Shown here piece by piece: positions 30,518 through 41,740 of a stretch of DNA of 64,000 bases. How positions within the stretch are numbered: the stretch's first letter is position 1; each line of letters starts with the position of its first letter. The notes beneath the pieces are model-generated. The model saw only the letters and a list, made by a program, of their open reading frames with translations, had not been told where the DNA came from and did not search any database. The position numbers and the translations under genes are program-made. The DNA is from a virus, in IMG/VR virus record IMGVR_UViG_3300037068_000153, positions 13,173 through 77,172 of that record. One strand, 5' to 3'.

Positions 30518-31129
30518 CTACAGCAGCCCTGCGGTGACGAGCGCGGCCCGGTCGTTGGCGCCCATGACATCGAGACGGCCAGCATTATTCGGGTGCGTAT
30601 CGTCGCCGCTGTCATACTCGGGTTTGAGGTTGTCGGTCCCGTCGTTGAGCTGCGTATGTTCGACGCGCGCAACGATATTAGACCCGGTCACACCTGTACC
30701 GCGGATGGCCGCGTTGACCGTCAGCCATGTGGCATATAATCCTGGGCCCACGCCATCGAAGGCTCGCCTAGCGGGGGTGATGACGCTAAGGATAATCTTG
30801 GCGGTCGGATTATTACTATTAATATCGGCGATCAAAGTATTGTATTTCCCGATAATCGTAGCGGCATCCTCCATCGCGATGATGATGTTGTTGAAGCCGG
30901 GCTCGCAGATGACCCATTTGAGATTGGGATTACCCTTCACGACGGAGGCGTTATAGAAACCTATATTATCGTCGATGGTACGGAACGGCTGTGCCAGCGA
31001 GAGGATGCCCGGACGAGTGCGAGCCTCGGCCGCGGTATAGATACAGCTGCCGAGCATCAAATATAATCCGTTGTAGTTGGCGGCGATGGAGTCGCCGAGA
31101 ATCAATCCTTCGACGTCCTTGAAGCTCAT
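30518..31129 (-). CDS. SGNH/GDSL hydrolase (esterase)
   Basis: GDSI, GFNN and DDTHPN motifs. Confidence 0.78.
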   Translation of the reverse strand: MSFKDVEGLILGDSIAANYNGLYLMLGSCIYTAAEARTRPGILSLAQPFRTIDDNIGFYNASVVKGNPNLKWVICEPGFNNIIIAMEDAATIIGKYNTLIADINSNNPTAKIILSVITPARRAFDGVGPGLYATWLTVNAAIRGTGVTGSNIVARVEHTQLNDGTDNLKPEYDSGDDTHPNNAGRLDVMGANDRAALVTAGLL

Positions 31130-32313
31130 CGCGCCTCCAGCCGCTGCCAGCGCCGCGGCATGATGGACGAGGATGCGCCGAGATTGGAACCGATCCACGC
31201 CTGCGACGGCGTCTCGATCTGCTTGGAGCCCGCTGCCCCCGTCACCATCTGGGCGCAGCCGTTATATGAGGCCAGCAGCGCGGCGGTCAGCGTCGACGGC
31301 TGATAAACCATACGCGCGTCGATGACCGTGCCCCCGGGGAACGAATCCAGACTGACGGACAAAAGATCGGCGCCCGCCGCCACCAGCACAAACGTGCCGG
31401 CGGTGGCGTTGAAGGTCACGTCGTAGCGCATCCCGAATAGCCCCGCGGGGGTATACATCGAGAATATCCAACCGCCATTTTGGGTGCCGGCGTTCGAGGT
31501 CGCCGGATTGTCTAGATAGTCGGCCAAGAAGCGCACGGTGATGTCGATGTCGCCGTTGTTGATGAGCGCGGGAAGAGCGGATCGCGCGATCTGCAGCGTG
31601 CAATCTCCGGTGGTACCGTCGACGAGCGGTAGATCGGAGAAGCCCAGCACCTGAGAGTCTCCCCAGACATCGATCCCGCCCGTCGCGCTCGGAGTCTGCC
31701 CCAGCCCATCCGCCTCGATGTTGAGCCCCGCGGCGACGTGCTTGTGCTGCACCCCCGGCGCCGATATTCCGCGACCCGCGCTGACGCGTCGCCAGCCTAT
31801 ATCAGAGGTCGAATAATTGACGCCGATGGTCGCGCCGCCCAGATCGAGAGCACCATGCGCGGTGGGCTGATTCGGCGACGGCGAAGCCTTCTCCCATGCT
31901 GAATCGATGCAGTTGACGCTGTCGCCGGGGTTGAAGGTCAACTCCGACGGGAAAGTGGCGTCGGCGTCGACGAACCTGTCGGCCGCCGGGCCCCCGCTGG
32001 CCGGGCCCGCCACCGCGGCCAGCGTCAACGTGTTCGTTCCCGTTTTCGTCCAGCTCACGTCGCTATGATCGAACGGCTTGGTGACGCGATTTGAATAGCC
32101 GGGGAATGTCCACCACCCGCCACCCTCGGGGCCGCCGTGGTCTTCGAAAACGGGGCCCGACGATACAGCGATGGCAGTGCTGGCACTCCGCGCGGCGTAC
32201 ACCGTCGAGCCCGACCGCGAGGCTACGACCTCGAACGGGAGCACCGGCGTGCTCAGATCGAGGACGAGCTTCCGCGTCCCTTTGTATCTGCGACCCGCAT
32301 TGACGCCGTGCAT
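31126..32313 (-). CDS. beta-rich tail fibre/lectin-like protein
   Basis: Located in the fibre cluster; Gly/Ser/Thr-rich; NRV...WTK module. Confidence 0.55.
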   Translation of the reverse strand: MHGVNAGRRYKGTRKLVLDLSTPVLPFEVVASRSGSTVYAARSASTAIAVSSGPVFEDHGGPEGGGWWTFPGYSNRVTKPFDHSDVSWTKTGTNTLTLAAVAGPASGGPAADRFVDADATFPSELTFNPGDSVNCIDSAWEKASPSPNQPTAHGALDLGGATIGVNYSTSDIGWRRVSAGRGISAPGVQHKHVAAGLNIEADGLGQTPSATGGIDVWGDSQVLGFSDLPLVDGTTGDCTLQIARSALPALINNGDIDITVRFLADYLDNPATSNAGTQNGGWIFSMYTPAGLFGMRYDVTFNATAGTFVLVAAGADLLSVSLDSFPGGTVIDARMVYQPSTLTAALLASYNGCAQMVTGAAGSKQIETPSQAWIGSNLGASSSIMPRRWQRLEAR

Positions 32314-32314
32314 T

Positions 32315-33412
32315 TTAGTGCGCGAACCACGCGCTGGAGTGGTCGCAGTAGAGGGTCTTGGATCCATAAACGGCGGCGATCGTGGCCGTCGCTGCGCCAT
32401 TGATCGTGTCGCCGCCGTTGGCGTTGATCGTGATGGTGCCCGATGAGTTGCCCACGTCCTGCACGATGATCTCCTGCCCGACTTTGATGCACGTCGATGC
32501 GGCGGGCAGGTTCACGGTGCGCGATCCCGTCCCGCTCACGCCGATGAAGTGGTCGGTGATCGCCGCGGTGATGACCGAGGACGCTGTGCGGTAGTTCGTG
32601 GCGAAGCCGCCGAAACCCTGTATCCCGTTGGCGTCGAATTGGGCGAATTGCGCACCGAAGCTGCTATTGAATATCTGAAAAACATCGCCGCCGGACGCGA
32701 GCTGCAAGACTGATCCGGCGATCCATTTCGTGAGCGTCGCGGCGACCGTATTATGAAACTCCAACACGTCGGGAGATCCGTTGACGTTGCTGGTGATCAC
32801 CACGCGATGGTTGTCGCCAGAATCGGTGGGCACGATCGCGAATCGCGCCGTACCGCTCGAATTTTGCGTCTCGAAGAGGTCCCCCGACTGCGACGGCGAG
32901 TTGGCTTTGACGTAGAGCCCCTTGTTGGCGTCGGCCCCACACAAAAGCCCGAGAGGGCCGCCGCTCACCGTCTCGGTTATGGTGCCCCCGCTGGAGCCCC
33001 CAGCCGTGTACGCGCTCTGGAGAGTCCCGGTGATCGTGCAGTCGGTGCGACTCGACCCTGAGTTGTCGGCGCAGGCGACGCCGGCGCCGGTAAAATTAAG
33101 GGTCGATCGCTGCGTCAAGCTCGATCCCTCGTCCGCCAGCGTGGTATAGGCTGCGCCGCTGCCCGTGCTCACCTGCGAGTCGACGTTGGTCGCGCTCGTA
33201 TACATATAAGCCCCGTCGGAGCACCGCACCCAGCTGCGCGCGCGGCCGACGGGAATGGGTGCGGAGGTCTGGCAGATGTAGCGCACGCCAGCGCCGACCG
33301 AGACGGCGCTGTTGTCGGGGTTGGCGGTGGCGCCCGCGGGGCGCGAGACGCCCCAGTTGACGGCCAGCATCGCCAGTGCGATCGAGACAGCGATAGTCAG
33401 ATAGTTCCGCAT
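32315..33412 (-). CDS. fibre-like protein with N-terminal signal-peptide-like segment
   Basis: MRNYLTIAVSIALAMLAVNWGVSRPAGA; LNFTGAGV; shares the LPAA..GQ..DTING module with fibre 1. Confidence 0.6.
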   Translation of the reverse strand: MRNYLTIAVSIALAMLAVNWGVSRPAGATANPDNSAVSVGAGVRYICQTSAPIPVGRARSWVRCSDGAYMYTSATNVDSQVSTGSGAAYTTLADEGSSLTQRSTLNFTGAGVACADNSGSSRTDCTITGTLQSAYTAGGSSGGTITETVSGGPLGLLCGADANKGLYVKANSPSQSGDLFETQNSSGTARFAIVPTDSGDNHRVVITSNVNGSPDVLEFHNTVAATLTKWIAGSVLQLASGGDVFQIFNSSFGAQFAQFDANGIQGFGGFATNYRTASSVITAAITDHFIGVSGTGSRTVNLPAASTCIKVGQEIIVQDVGNSSGTITINANGGDTINGAATATIAAVYGSKTLYCDHSSAWFAH

Positions 33413-33435
33413 GACCGGATTCTACCTCAATCGAT

Positions 33436-34515
<1,080 letters not shown>

Positions 34516-34524
34516 GTCCCTAGA

Positions 34525-35091
34525 CTACACCGACAGCGCGCCGGTGAACACTCCGACGTCCAGCCCCGGGCCAGTGTCAAGAGTGAAAAGCGCGTTGGTG
34601 GGAGACTCCTGCCAGATCACATTGGCGCGTGCGCCCGCCTCCTTGGCTTTCTGCAAGAACTGCTGCGCCACCAGCGCCTGCGCGCGCGTCAGCATCTGTC
34701 CGACGCGAATGTAGAAGCTCTTGACCCCGCCCGATCGCAGGACGAAGGTCGAGCTCGGGAACAGCGCCGTGAAGACGCGGTAGATGTCCTCGCCGCGCCC
34801 GCGCGACTTGCGCGCCACGATCGCCGCGCGCAGGTAGAGGCGGTAGGTCACATCGTCGACGCCTCCGCGCGGCTGGCCGAGCACGCGGCCGAGCGCGTCG
34901 AGCTGCGCGCCGGCGCTGTCGTCGATGTTGGTGATGGTCAAGATCGACTGGTACGCGTCCTCGAGATCTTGAAACTGGCGGGCCACCATGTCGACCCACG
35001 CCTGGATCTTGGGCTTGCCCCTGAACTGCCAGTAAATGAGCGCGCGCAGCCGCGCCTGCCAATCGCTGACGTAGTCGATGGTCAGCGGCAC
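34525..35091 (-). CDS. baseplate wedge protein (DUF2612-like)
   Basis: GAQLDALGRVLGQPR..DDVTYR motif; synteny. Confidence 0.78.
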   Translation of the reverse strand: MPLTIDYVSDWQARLRALIYWQFRGKPKIQAWVDMVARQFQDLEDAYQSILTITNIDDSAGAQLDALGRVLGQPRGGVDDVTYRLYLRAAIVARKSRGRGEDIYRVFTALFPSSTFVLRSGGVKSFYIRVGQMLTRAQALVAQQFLQKAKEAGARANVIWQESPTNALFTLDTGPGLDVGVFTGALSV

Positions 35092-35092
35092 G

Positions 35093-36562
35093 CTACGGCG
35101 TCTCCGCGATGGCGGTGATCGTGCAGCGAGAGCTGTCGAAGGTGGCGATCTGCCGGACCGAGATCGCGACCGTCGTCGAGCTCGCGGGGCCTGGCGTCGT
35201 CCCGATCAGCATCGTCGGCACCTCGAGCAGCCCAGGCGCCGCCGTCGAGCCGTCCGGCGCGGGCACGATGGCGTTGCCGTCGGCGTCAGTGGCTGACGGC
35301 TTGAACAGGATCGCGCCGGCGAGCGCCGACGAGCGAACGTCGACGCCGATAGCGCTCGCGTCGCCGTAGGTGAGGAGCGCCGACAGCGCCGCCTGCTGGA
35401 CGAAAGCCGCGCCCGTCGGCCACTGCGCGGCGTCGTAGTTGACCGTCGCGGTCACGTAGATCGGCACAGCCACGGGGCGCGACCAGGACACGACCTGCGG
35501 GTTGCCCTGCGAGTCGGTCGCCACGCCGCTCTGGTTGCCGAACGTCGCCGTGCCCGCGCCGACCTCGTTCCACACCGCCTGGGTGATATCCTGGTCGGTG
35601 CCGTTCTGCACCAATACCTCGACGGCGTGCGGCGGGACACCGTTGGCGTCGGTGGCGTCGGTGTCGTTGAAGAACACGGCGCAGCTCGTCGGCGGTTGGT
35701 GGTTAGGGTCGGTCGAGCCCTCGTTGACTTTGAGGATCGCAGCGCGGATGGCGTCGGCGGTGCTGCCGCCCTGCCCCGCCAACTCAGCCTCGCGGCGCGC
35801 GCGGAACGCTGGGTCGGTCTCCTTCAGCGCTCCCACGGCGGCGTCGAGCAGGTTGATGGCCCCCGACCACCCGTCGACGGGGGTGACGATGCTGGTGAGC
35901 ACGCCGGCCAACGCGCCCACGGCGCCGGCGTTCACGGCGCGGAACGCCACGTCGACGGCGCCGACGCCGTCGCCTAGGTATTTCCAATGGGCCGTGTTGT
36001 CGGTGATGTTGCTCGAGGTCGTGGTCGGACCGCCTGAGCCCGCCGACGTACCCGCGGTGATGCAGATGTAGGCACGGTTGGCGTTGGTGCGGCGGTCCCC
36101 GACCGCATAGCCGGTGCCCGATGCCCACGCCGTCAGCGCAGCGATGGTACCTTGAGCAAACGAAGCGAAGACCGAGTTGGTGGCGTCGCTCGTTTTCGTC
36201 TGGCGCCCGACGAGCAGCACCGTCCCCGGCGTACCTGTGCAGGTCTCAGTCACGGTCGAGAACGACTGCTCCTCGCGCGTAGTGCCCGTGAGCGAGCACA
36301 GCTGGTCGAGCGCCGCGTCCGACGCCGCGTTGGGATCGAGCGAAGCGACGATGGCGCCGCCGAGGTCCCACATGGCGCCGAAGCCATCGGAGAGCGTTGT
36401 AATTTCCTGACCCGCAAGCGAGTCGAGCGGGATCGTCCCGTCGACCTCGGTGCCCGCGCTGCTGCCAAGGATGTTGAGGTAGTCGGTCTGCAGCTCGTCC
36501 ACCACGACCGACAAAGGCTTGCCGACCCAGCCCTCCGCCGTGAGCCCATAAACCGTTGCCAT
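35093..36562 (-). CDS. baseplate J-like protein
   Basis: GLTAEG, ALDQL, ETDPAFRAR, PPHAVEV motifs. Confidence 0.85.
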   Translation of the reverse strand: MATVYGLTAEGWVGKPLSVVVDELQTDYLNILGSSAGTEVDGTIPLDSLAGQEITTLSDGFGAMWDLGGAIVASLDPNAASDAALDQLCSLTGTTREEQSFSTVTETCTGTPGTVLLVGRQTKTSDATNSVFASFAQGTIAALTAWASGTGYAVGDRRTNANRAYICITAGTSAGSGGPTTTSSNITDNTAHWKYLGDGVGAVDVAFRAVNAGAVGALAGVLTSIVTPVDGWSGAINLLDAAVGALKETDPAFRARREAELAGQGGSTADAIRAAILKVNEGSTDPNHQPPTSCAVFFNDTDATDANGVPPHAVEVLVQNGTDQDITQAVWNEVGAGTATFGNQSGVATDSQGNPQVVSWSRPVAVPIYVTATVNYDAAQWPTGAAFVQQAALSALLTYGDASAIGVDVRSSALAGAILFKPSATDADGNAIVPAPDGSTAAPGLLEVPTMLIGTTPGPASSTTVAISVRQIATFDSSRCTITAIAETP

Positions 36563-36563
36563 C

Positions 36564-36941
36564 CTACGCGCTCACCGTGTCGGTGATGGGCGTCTGCGAG
36601 TACTTGGTGCGGATCGAGTAGGTAATGCTGGCCGAGCGCGGATCATTGGGGTCGTCACGCACGAGCTGCGCGCCGACGACCTCCGTCACGTCCGCCACAC
36701 TTTGGAGCCGGACGCGGATCGCCTCGCGCACGACAACGGGATCGGGATTCTTGACGAGAACGACGCCTAGATAGTCGACGCCGAGCGATTGGTCGAGATA
36801 GATCTCGCCGAGGAAGAGCTTGACCTTGATCTTGCACGCCTGCGCGACCGCGGCCTGCCCAGAGACGACGGTCCGGTCGCCGTTCGCCACCGCCATGTCG
36901 TCGTCAGCGTCGAGCGCAAAATCGCGGATCGGGTCGGCCAT
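36564..36941 (-). CDS. baseplate wedge / sheath initiator (gp25-like)
   Basis: LFLGEIYLDQSLGVDY motif; synteny. Confidence 0.72.
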   Translation of the reverse strand: MADPIRDFALDADDDMAVANGDRTVVSGQAAVAQACKIKVKLFLGEIYLDQSLGVDYLGVVLVKNPDPVVVREAIRVRLQSVADVTEVVGAQLVRDDPNDPRSASITYSIRTKYSQTPITDTVSA

Positions 36942-36950
36942 GGGCCGATT

Positions 36951-37712
36951 CTACCCGATTTTGACCTTGCTGGAACCGGTCTTGACCGTGATGCCGGGCG
37001 ACGTCAGAAACGCCGACGATAGCGGCGTCACGACGCCTGGCGCGATGCCATTGATGGCGCCCTCCACCTGGCTCATCCACAACGCGAGCGGGCCCGTAGG
37101 CGGCGCCGTGATCTGGCTGGGGTCTCCCTCCCGCGCCGCACCGTTCGAGCCGTTCGCGAGGTTGACGTTACCCTGCCCGTCGATCTCGATGTCCGACGGC
37201 GACTGGTCGCGGCCGATGGTCATGCGATCGGTGGGTGCGCTCGCCAGCGGCGCGCCGAAGGGGTTGAGCCCGGGCAGGAAGAACCCGTCGGCGATCGAGT
37301 TGACGTGGTCGAATTCGGGATCGACTTCGTCGCCATTGCCCGTCAGCCACTTGTCGAGCGAGCGGTCAGCCCAGATGAGCAGGCCCAGCGTCGCAGGAAC
37401 GGTCGCGCCGTTGATCTGCAAGTTGCCGTCGGAGATCGGCACGGTCGTGCGGAAGCTCCCATTGGCGCCCGGGAAGACGACAGGCACGCCCGGAATGACG
37501 GGAATAGACTCGACGAGGCGCGCATCGGACTCGTCGAAAAAGGGGCGCATGACGAGCACCTTGCACGCGACCCGCTGCTTGTCGGGTTCGTACTTGGTCA
37601 CGCGCACGGGCAGCGCGCGCGGTAGTCGCTGGAGAGCCGACTCGACGGCGCTGGCGATGACCGTCTGCCGCCGCGGCCGGCGAACCTCGTCCTCACGCCC
37701 CTTGTCGCTCAT
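36951..37712 (-). CDS. baseplate central spike (Gp138-like)
   Basis: VPVVFP, LLIWADRSLDKW, DGFFLPG motifs. Confidence 0.8.
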   Translation of the reverse strand: MSDKGREDEVRRPRRQTVIASAVESALQRLPRALPVRVTKYEPDKQRVACKVLVMRPFFDESDARLVESIPVIPGVPVVFPGANGSFRTTVPISDGNLQINGATVPATLGLLIWADRSLDKWLTGNGDEVDPEFDHVNSIADGFFLPGLNPFGAPLASAPTDRMTIGRDQSPSDIEIDGQGNVNLANGSNGAAREGDPSQITAPPTGPLALWMSQVEGAINGIAPGVVTPLSSAFLTSPGITVKTGSSKVKIG

Positions 37713-37847
37713 CGTCGCTCGCTGCCGCAGGTGGGGCAGCGCTTGCGCTTGCCGGCGGACACGTCGCGCGGCGGCGCCGGCTTGCTCCCCTTCTTTTTCA
37801 GCTTATAGGTGCGACGTCCGAGCAACTTCACTCCCATCGATTGGCGC

Positions 37848-38747
37848 TCACGTAGTCGATAGTAACACCCCTTCGTACTCCGTATACCACTCTAGCGAAT
37901 GGGTATCCCCCGTGAAGTGCACCTTCTTGACGCGCACGAATCCGTCGTAGCGGTTCGATTTCAATCGCACCTGGGCGCCGGGTACGCACGGCTGTAAGAG
38001 CGCCTTGAATTTGACCAACGCCGGCTTGCCCTTCTTCTCAGGGCTGCCGAATTCCGGTGAGCCGACGAGCCCGCTTTCGGGCGAGATCTCGGGAAACTCC
38101 GCCGTGCTCGCCTGCCCGGGCAGCAGCACCTGGAGCGTATCGTCCTGGACCGACCATGCGTAGCCGGTGCCGCGGAGAAAGCGGTCCATCTCATGCGCCC
38201 ACTGGCCGCTGACGACGTAGCCCTGGTCGAACGACTGCGTCAGGTTGAGCACGACGTTCGGCGTATTGCCGACCTGCAGCCCGCTCGCGTTCGCCAAGTA
38301 CTGCAGGATGCTCCCGGCTTTCGTGCCCGGGGCGAAGCTCTCCGCCACGCGTGCGTTGCGATAGGCGCGCTCGCCGTCGCCGCCCTTGATCGTCGAGTTC
38401 CAGTCGGAGAGATCGCGCACGTTGTCGACGGTGCGCGCGTCGCCGCGCCAGATGCGCGACATGCCGGTCTCCGCGTAGCCCGCCTCGAGGATGACCTTGA
38501 CGCCCTTCTTCTGGATCAACCCGCGACTGTCGTCGTTCAAGTTGGTGACGATGATCTCGGCCGTATTGGGCTCCTTGCCGTCCGTCTTGGAGACCTTGAA
38601 CGCGACGCGCTGCCCCGCCGGCTGATCGCCGCCCTCGCCCGCCTCGATGACGAGGACGTCTTGCACGACCTGATTGAAGTTGCCCTTGGTCGCGGATGGC
38701 GCCGCGAAGGTCACCCGCGCGCGGCGGTCGTAGAGCCTGTCCGCCAC
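37848..38747 (-). CDS. baseplate hub protein
   Basis: PNTAEIIVTNL, LEAGY, WSVQD, GLVGSP motifs. Confidence 0.8.
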   Translation of the reverse strand: MADRLYDRRARVTFAAPSATKGNFNQVVQDVLVIEAGEGGDQPAGQRVAFKVSKTDGKEPNTAEIIVTNLNDDSRGLIQKKGVKVILEAGYAETGMSRIWRGDARTVDNVRDLSDWNSTIKGGDGERAYRNARVAESFAPGTKAGSILQYLANASGLQVGNTPNVVLNLTQSFDQGYVVSGQWAHEMDRFLRGTGYAWSVQDDTLQVLLPGQASTAEFPEISPESGLVGSPEFGSPEKKGKPALVKFKALLQPCVPGAQVRLKSNRYDGFVRVKKVHFTGDTHSLEWYTEYEGVLLSTT

Positions 38748-38748
38748 G

Positions 38749-39090
38749 TCACAGCCCCAGTTCTGCGGCGGTGAAGTAGATCAGCTTGTGGCGCACGCCG
38801 AAGCTCACGAGGTCGGGGTCTGCGTCCTCGCCAGCGCTGTCGACCACGACGAAGCACCCCGGCGGCTGCCGGTCGGCACGATACGCCCCCAGTGGCCAAT
38901 TGGCCACCAGCTTGACCCCTGGCACAAGGTAGATCGAGCCCTGCTCGTCGAGGATGTCGAGAAACCATGCCGACGCGCGCACGTTCCAACGGAACTGGAG
39001 CGTGTACGTCACTGACTCGAGCGACGTCTGCATGTCGAAGAACGGCAGTGGCACGCCCTCGGAGAGCGGGATATCGAGTTCCAGAGGCAT
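38749..39090 (-). CDS. baseplate plug-like protein
   Basis: LQFRWNVR..WFLDI; synteny. Confidence 0.7.
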   Translation of the reverse strand: MPLELDIPLSEGVPLPFFDMQTSLESVTYTLQFRWNVRASAWFLDILDEQGSIYLVPGVKLVANWPLGAYRADRQPPGCFVVVDSAGEDADPDLVSFGVRHKLIYFTAAELGL

Positions 39091-39771
39091 CTATTTGCCC
39101 CCCAGCGCTTTGCCTATGCCCGAAACCGTGGGATTGTCCGACTGGGCCGCAGTATCGGCCAGCGTGCGCATCGGGTCGACATCCTTGTTCGCGTCCTTCG
39201 CCGTCTTGGTGCCGGTCGATTTCTTTTTACCCACGCGCTTGTCCGACGAGACGACCCCGCGCGTGAGCTTATTCTGCACGACGCGAATGTGCTTGAATGA
39301 GATCGAGAACGCGATCGCGTCGTAGTTCTTGGCCGCGCGTGGCAGCGAAATGGACTCGATCGCCATCGAGTCATAGTCGCCCATCGTCGTCGAGACGGTA
39401 ACGATGGCGCTGGTATCGCGCAGCCTACGGAGCTTAGCCCACTCGCCCTGCGCGTACCCGTCGACGGCGCCAATGGCGCCCGCGGCCTGCGCTGCCGCGG
39501 TAGTCGTCTGGATGGTAAACGCGCCCGCCTTGACTGCCTCCGTCGCCTGCGTGTTCGACAGCGGCGTATTAGAAATACGACAATCGAGGGTGAGCAGATC
39601 GGGGTTAGGACGCGAGTGATCGCTCGCATTGAACCCCGTTTCCACCGGGTGGTCGGTGATGGTGTTGGTAAGCTGGTGCTGCTCCGTCACGACCGCGTGC
39701 ATGGTGATCGTGGTGGTATCGGCGGTGATGACGCCGCCGCGTCGAATGACCGTGACCGTCGACGACGCCAC
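39091..39771 (-). CDS. tail tube initiator / Dit-like baseplate protein
   Basis: ITDHPVETG..SDH motif; follows the tape measure. Confidence 0.75.
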   Translation of the reverse strand: MASSTVTVIRRGGVITADTTTITMHAVVTEQHQLTNTITDHPVETGFNASDHSRPNPDLLTLDCRISNTPLSNTQATEAVKAGAFTIQTTTAAAQAAGAIGAVDGYAQGEWAKLRRLRDTSAIVTVSTTMGDYDSMAIESISLPRAAKNYDAIAFSISFKHIRVVQNKLTRGVVSSDKRVGKKKSTGTKTAKDANKDVDPMRTLADTAAQSDNPTVSGIGKALGGK

Positions 39772-39774
39772 GGC

Positions 39775-41328
39775 TCAGTCCCCCAGCGCCGCGGCGGCCT
39801 CTTCGTTGGCCGCGTCCTCGTGCTGCTGAATGAGGTTGACCACGTCGGCCGCGCTCATCCCAGGCGCCTGGTAGATGTTGTAGCTGCGCTGGATACTGAC
39901 CGGCGCGGCGCTCATCACACCCTGTCCCGGAGGCAGCGTGGGCGCGGCAAATTCGCCGCCGCCGAAGCCAGCCTGCAGCTGCTGCCACCAGCTGGCGCCG
40001 CGCCCTTTGGCATCTTCCGTTCGCTTGTCGAAATTCTTGACGAAGTCCGGCCGCGGCACGAGGTGCTCACCAATATTGGCGGCAGCCTCGCCGATTTTGA
40101 GCGCCGTATTGACGACGCCACCCTCTTGCGCGGGTGCGCGCTTCTTCGGGCCGAATCGCAGGTCGAGCTTATCGGCGATGCCGATCGCCCGCTCCATGTA
40201 CTGTACGAGCTCCTTGATGGCCGCCAGCCACCACGGATCGTTCTTCTTCGGCTGCGACCACTCATCGAGCATCTTCATCCAGTCGGCGAAGAGCGAATCC
40301 TTGCCCTCGAGAAAACGACGGATGGAGTTAAGAATGAGCAACACGGCGGCGAGCGCCGCGACCCACAGAAGCCACGGCGCCGCCGCCAGCGTGCCGGCGG
40401 CAACGAACCCGATCACATACGCGCGGATGCCGCTGTCGAGCTTCCAGAACCACTGCAGCAGGCCGACAATCCCCTCCACGATGAGCTTGATCGACCCGTA
40501 GAGAACGTCGAAGGCGTCGATCAAAAACTTGGCGCCCCTCGCAATGGCCTTGAGCACGACCTCGAGCTTCTGCTTGATCACCTCGCGGTTGGCCTTCACC
40601 CACGCCACCGCGCCGTCGGTGAGCTGCTTGAGCACCGGGAAGATGGAGGCGCCCGCCTTGCGCTTGATGCCCTCCCAGAGCGCCTCGAGCCGCTTGACGT
40701 TGTGCTCAACCTCGACGCCCTGCTTGACCGTCTCCTCGTCGAGCACCACGCCAAGGTCACGAGCCTCCTCGCGCAGCTCGGCCAGCCCCTCGGAGCCCTC
40801 GTTGAGCAGCGGGATCATCCGCTTGCCGGCGCGCCCGAAGAGCTCGAGCGCCAGCGCCGTCTTCTTGGCGCCGTCGGGCATGACCTTGAACTTCTCGGCC
40901 ACCTCGGCAATGACGTCGTCGGCGGCTTTGAGCTGGCCGTGCGCGTCCTTCAGCTTGATCTTGAGCTCGGCGAAGACCTTGCCCTGCTCCTCGCCACCCT
41001 TCGACGCCGCGTACATGTTGCGTGACAGGAGACCGACCGACTGCGCCATCTCCTCCATGCCGACGCCGGTGAGGCTGCCGACGTAAAGAAGCTCCTGAAG
41101 CGCATCGGTGGTGAGGCCGACGGCCTGCGCGGTGTGCTCGATCTCGACGGTAGACTCGATCGCCTCCTTCGTCACGTCGACGAAGAACTCGACCGCCTTC
41201 TTGCCAATCTCGACGAGGCCCTCGAGCCCCTTCTCCACCGCCTTGGCGAATAGCTCGCCCTCGGCGAACGAGGCCGAATCGACCTCGAGCCCGAGCGCGA
41301 CGGCTACTTCGCGGAGGATGGTGCTCAC
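39775..41328 (-). CDS. tape measure protein
   Basis: Helical; ALELFGRAG..PLLNEGSEGL; TM segment; synteny. Confidence 0.85.
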   Translation of the reverse strand: MSTILREVAVALGLEVDSASFAEGELFAKAVEKGLEGLVEIGKKAVEFFVDVTKEAIESTVEIEHTAQAVGLTTDALQELLYVGSLTGVGMEEMAQSVGLLSRNMYAASKGGEEQGKVFAELKIKLKDAHGQLKAADDVIAEVAEKFKVMPDGAKKTALALELFGRAGKRMIPLLNEGSEGLAELREEARDLGVVLDEETVKQGVEVEHNVKRLEALWEGIKRKAGASIFPVLKQLTDGAVAWVKANREVIKQKLEVVLKAIARGAKFLIDAFDVLYGSIKLIVEGIVGLLQWFWKLDSGIRAYVIGFVAAGTLAAAPWLLWVAALAAVLLILNSIRRFLEGKDSLFADWMKMLDEWSQPKKNDPWWLAAIKELVQYMERAIGIADKLDLRFGPKKRAPAQEGGVVNTALKIGEAAANIGEHLVPRPDFVKNFDKRTEDAKGRGASWWQQLQAGFGGGEFAAPTLPPGQGVMSAAPVSIQRSYNIYQAPGMSAADVVNLIQQHEDAANEEAAAALGD

Positions 41329-41337
41329 GATCTAGTC

Positions 41338-41694
41338 CTACTTGGCGAGGAGCCCTTCGCCCTTGAGCGCGTTGACGACGTCGGTGATCGTATAGTAGTT
41401 CGCGCCCGTACCGCCGTTGGACCTAATGTCGAAGAAGGTCGATCCGGTCACGCCGCCACCGGCCGCGCTACCCGTCGCACCGAGACCCGTCGGCTGCTGC
41501 ACGCCGGTGGCGCCGAAGAAGCCCAGGATGCCGGTCGGCATGCCGATCGACAACGCGGCCGGAAAGCGCGCGCCGGTCGGGCCAGTGAAGACGGAGGCCG
41601 AGCCCCAGCCCCTCAGCCAGTGGTAAAGCGGCTGGAGCCACTCGTGGGTCGTGATGGGGACGCCTGCGTATCCGGTGGGTGCCTGCATGGTCAT
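41338..41694 (-). CDS. small G-x-T-G-rich virion fibre/decoration-like protein
   Basis: AGGAG SD; many PTG/ATG/VTG motifs; C-terminal DVVNALKGEGLL. Confidence 0.6.
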   Translation of the reverse strand: MTMQAPTGYAGVPITTHEWLQPLYHWLRGWGSASVFTGPTGARFPAALSIGMPTGILGFFGATGVQQPTGLGATGSAAGGGVTGSTFFDIRSNGGTGANYYTITDVVNALKGEGLLAK

Positions 41695-41740
41695 TCTCCT
41701 CGGGCCACCTCTTACCAGCTAGCCCTTGGTAGCGTTGCGT

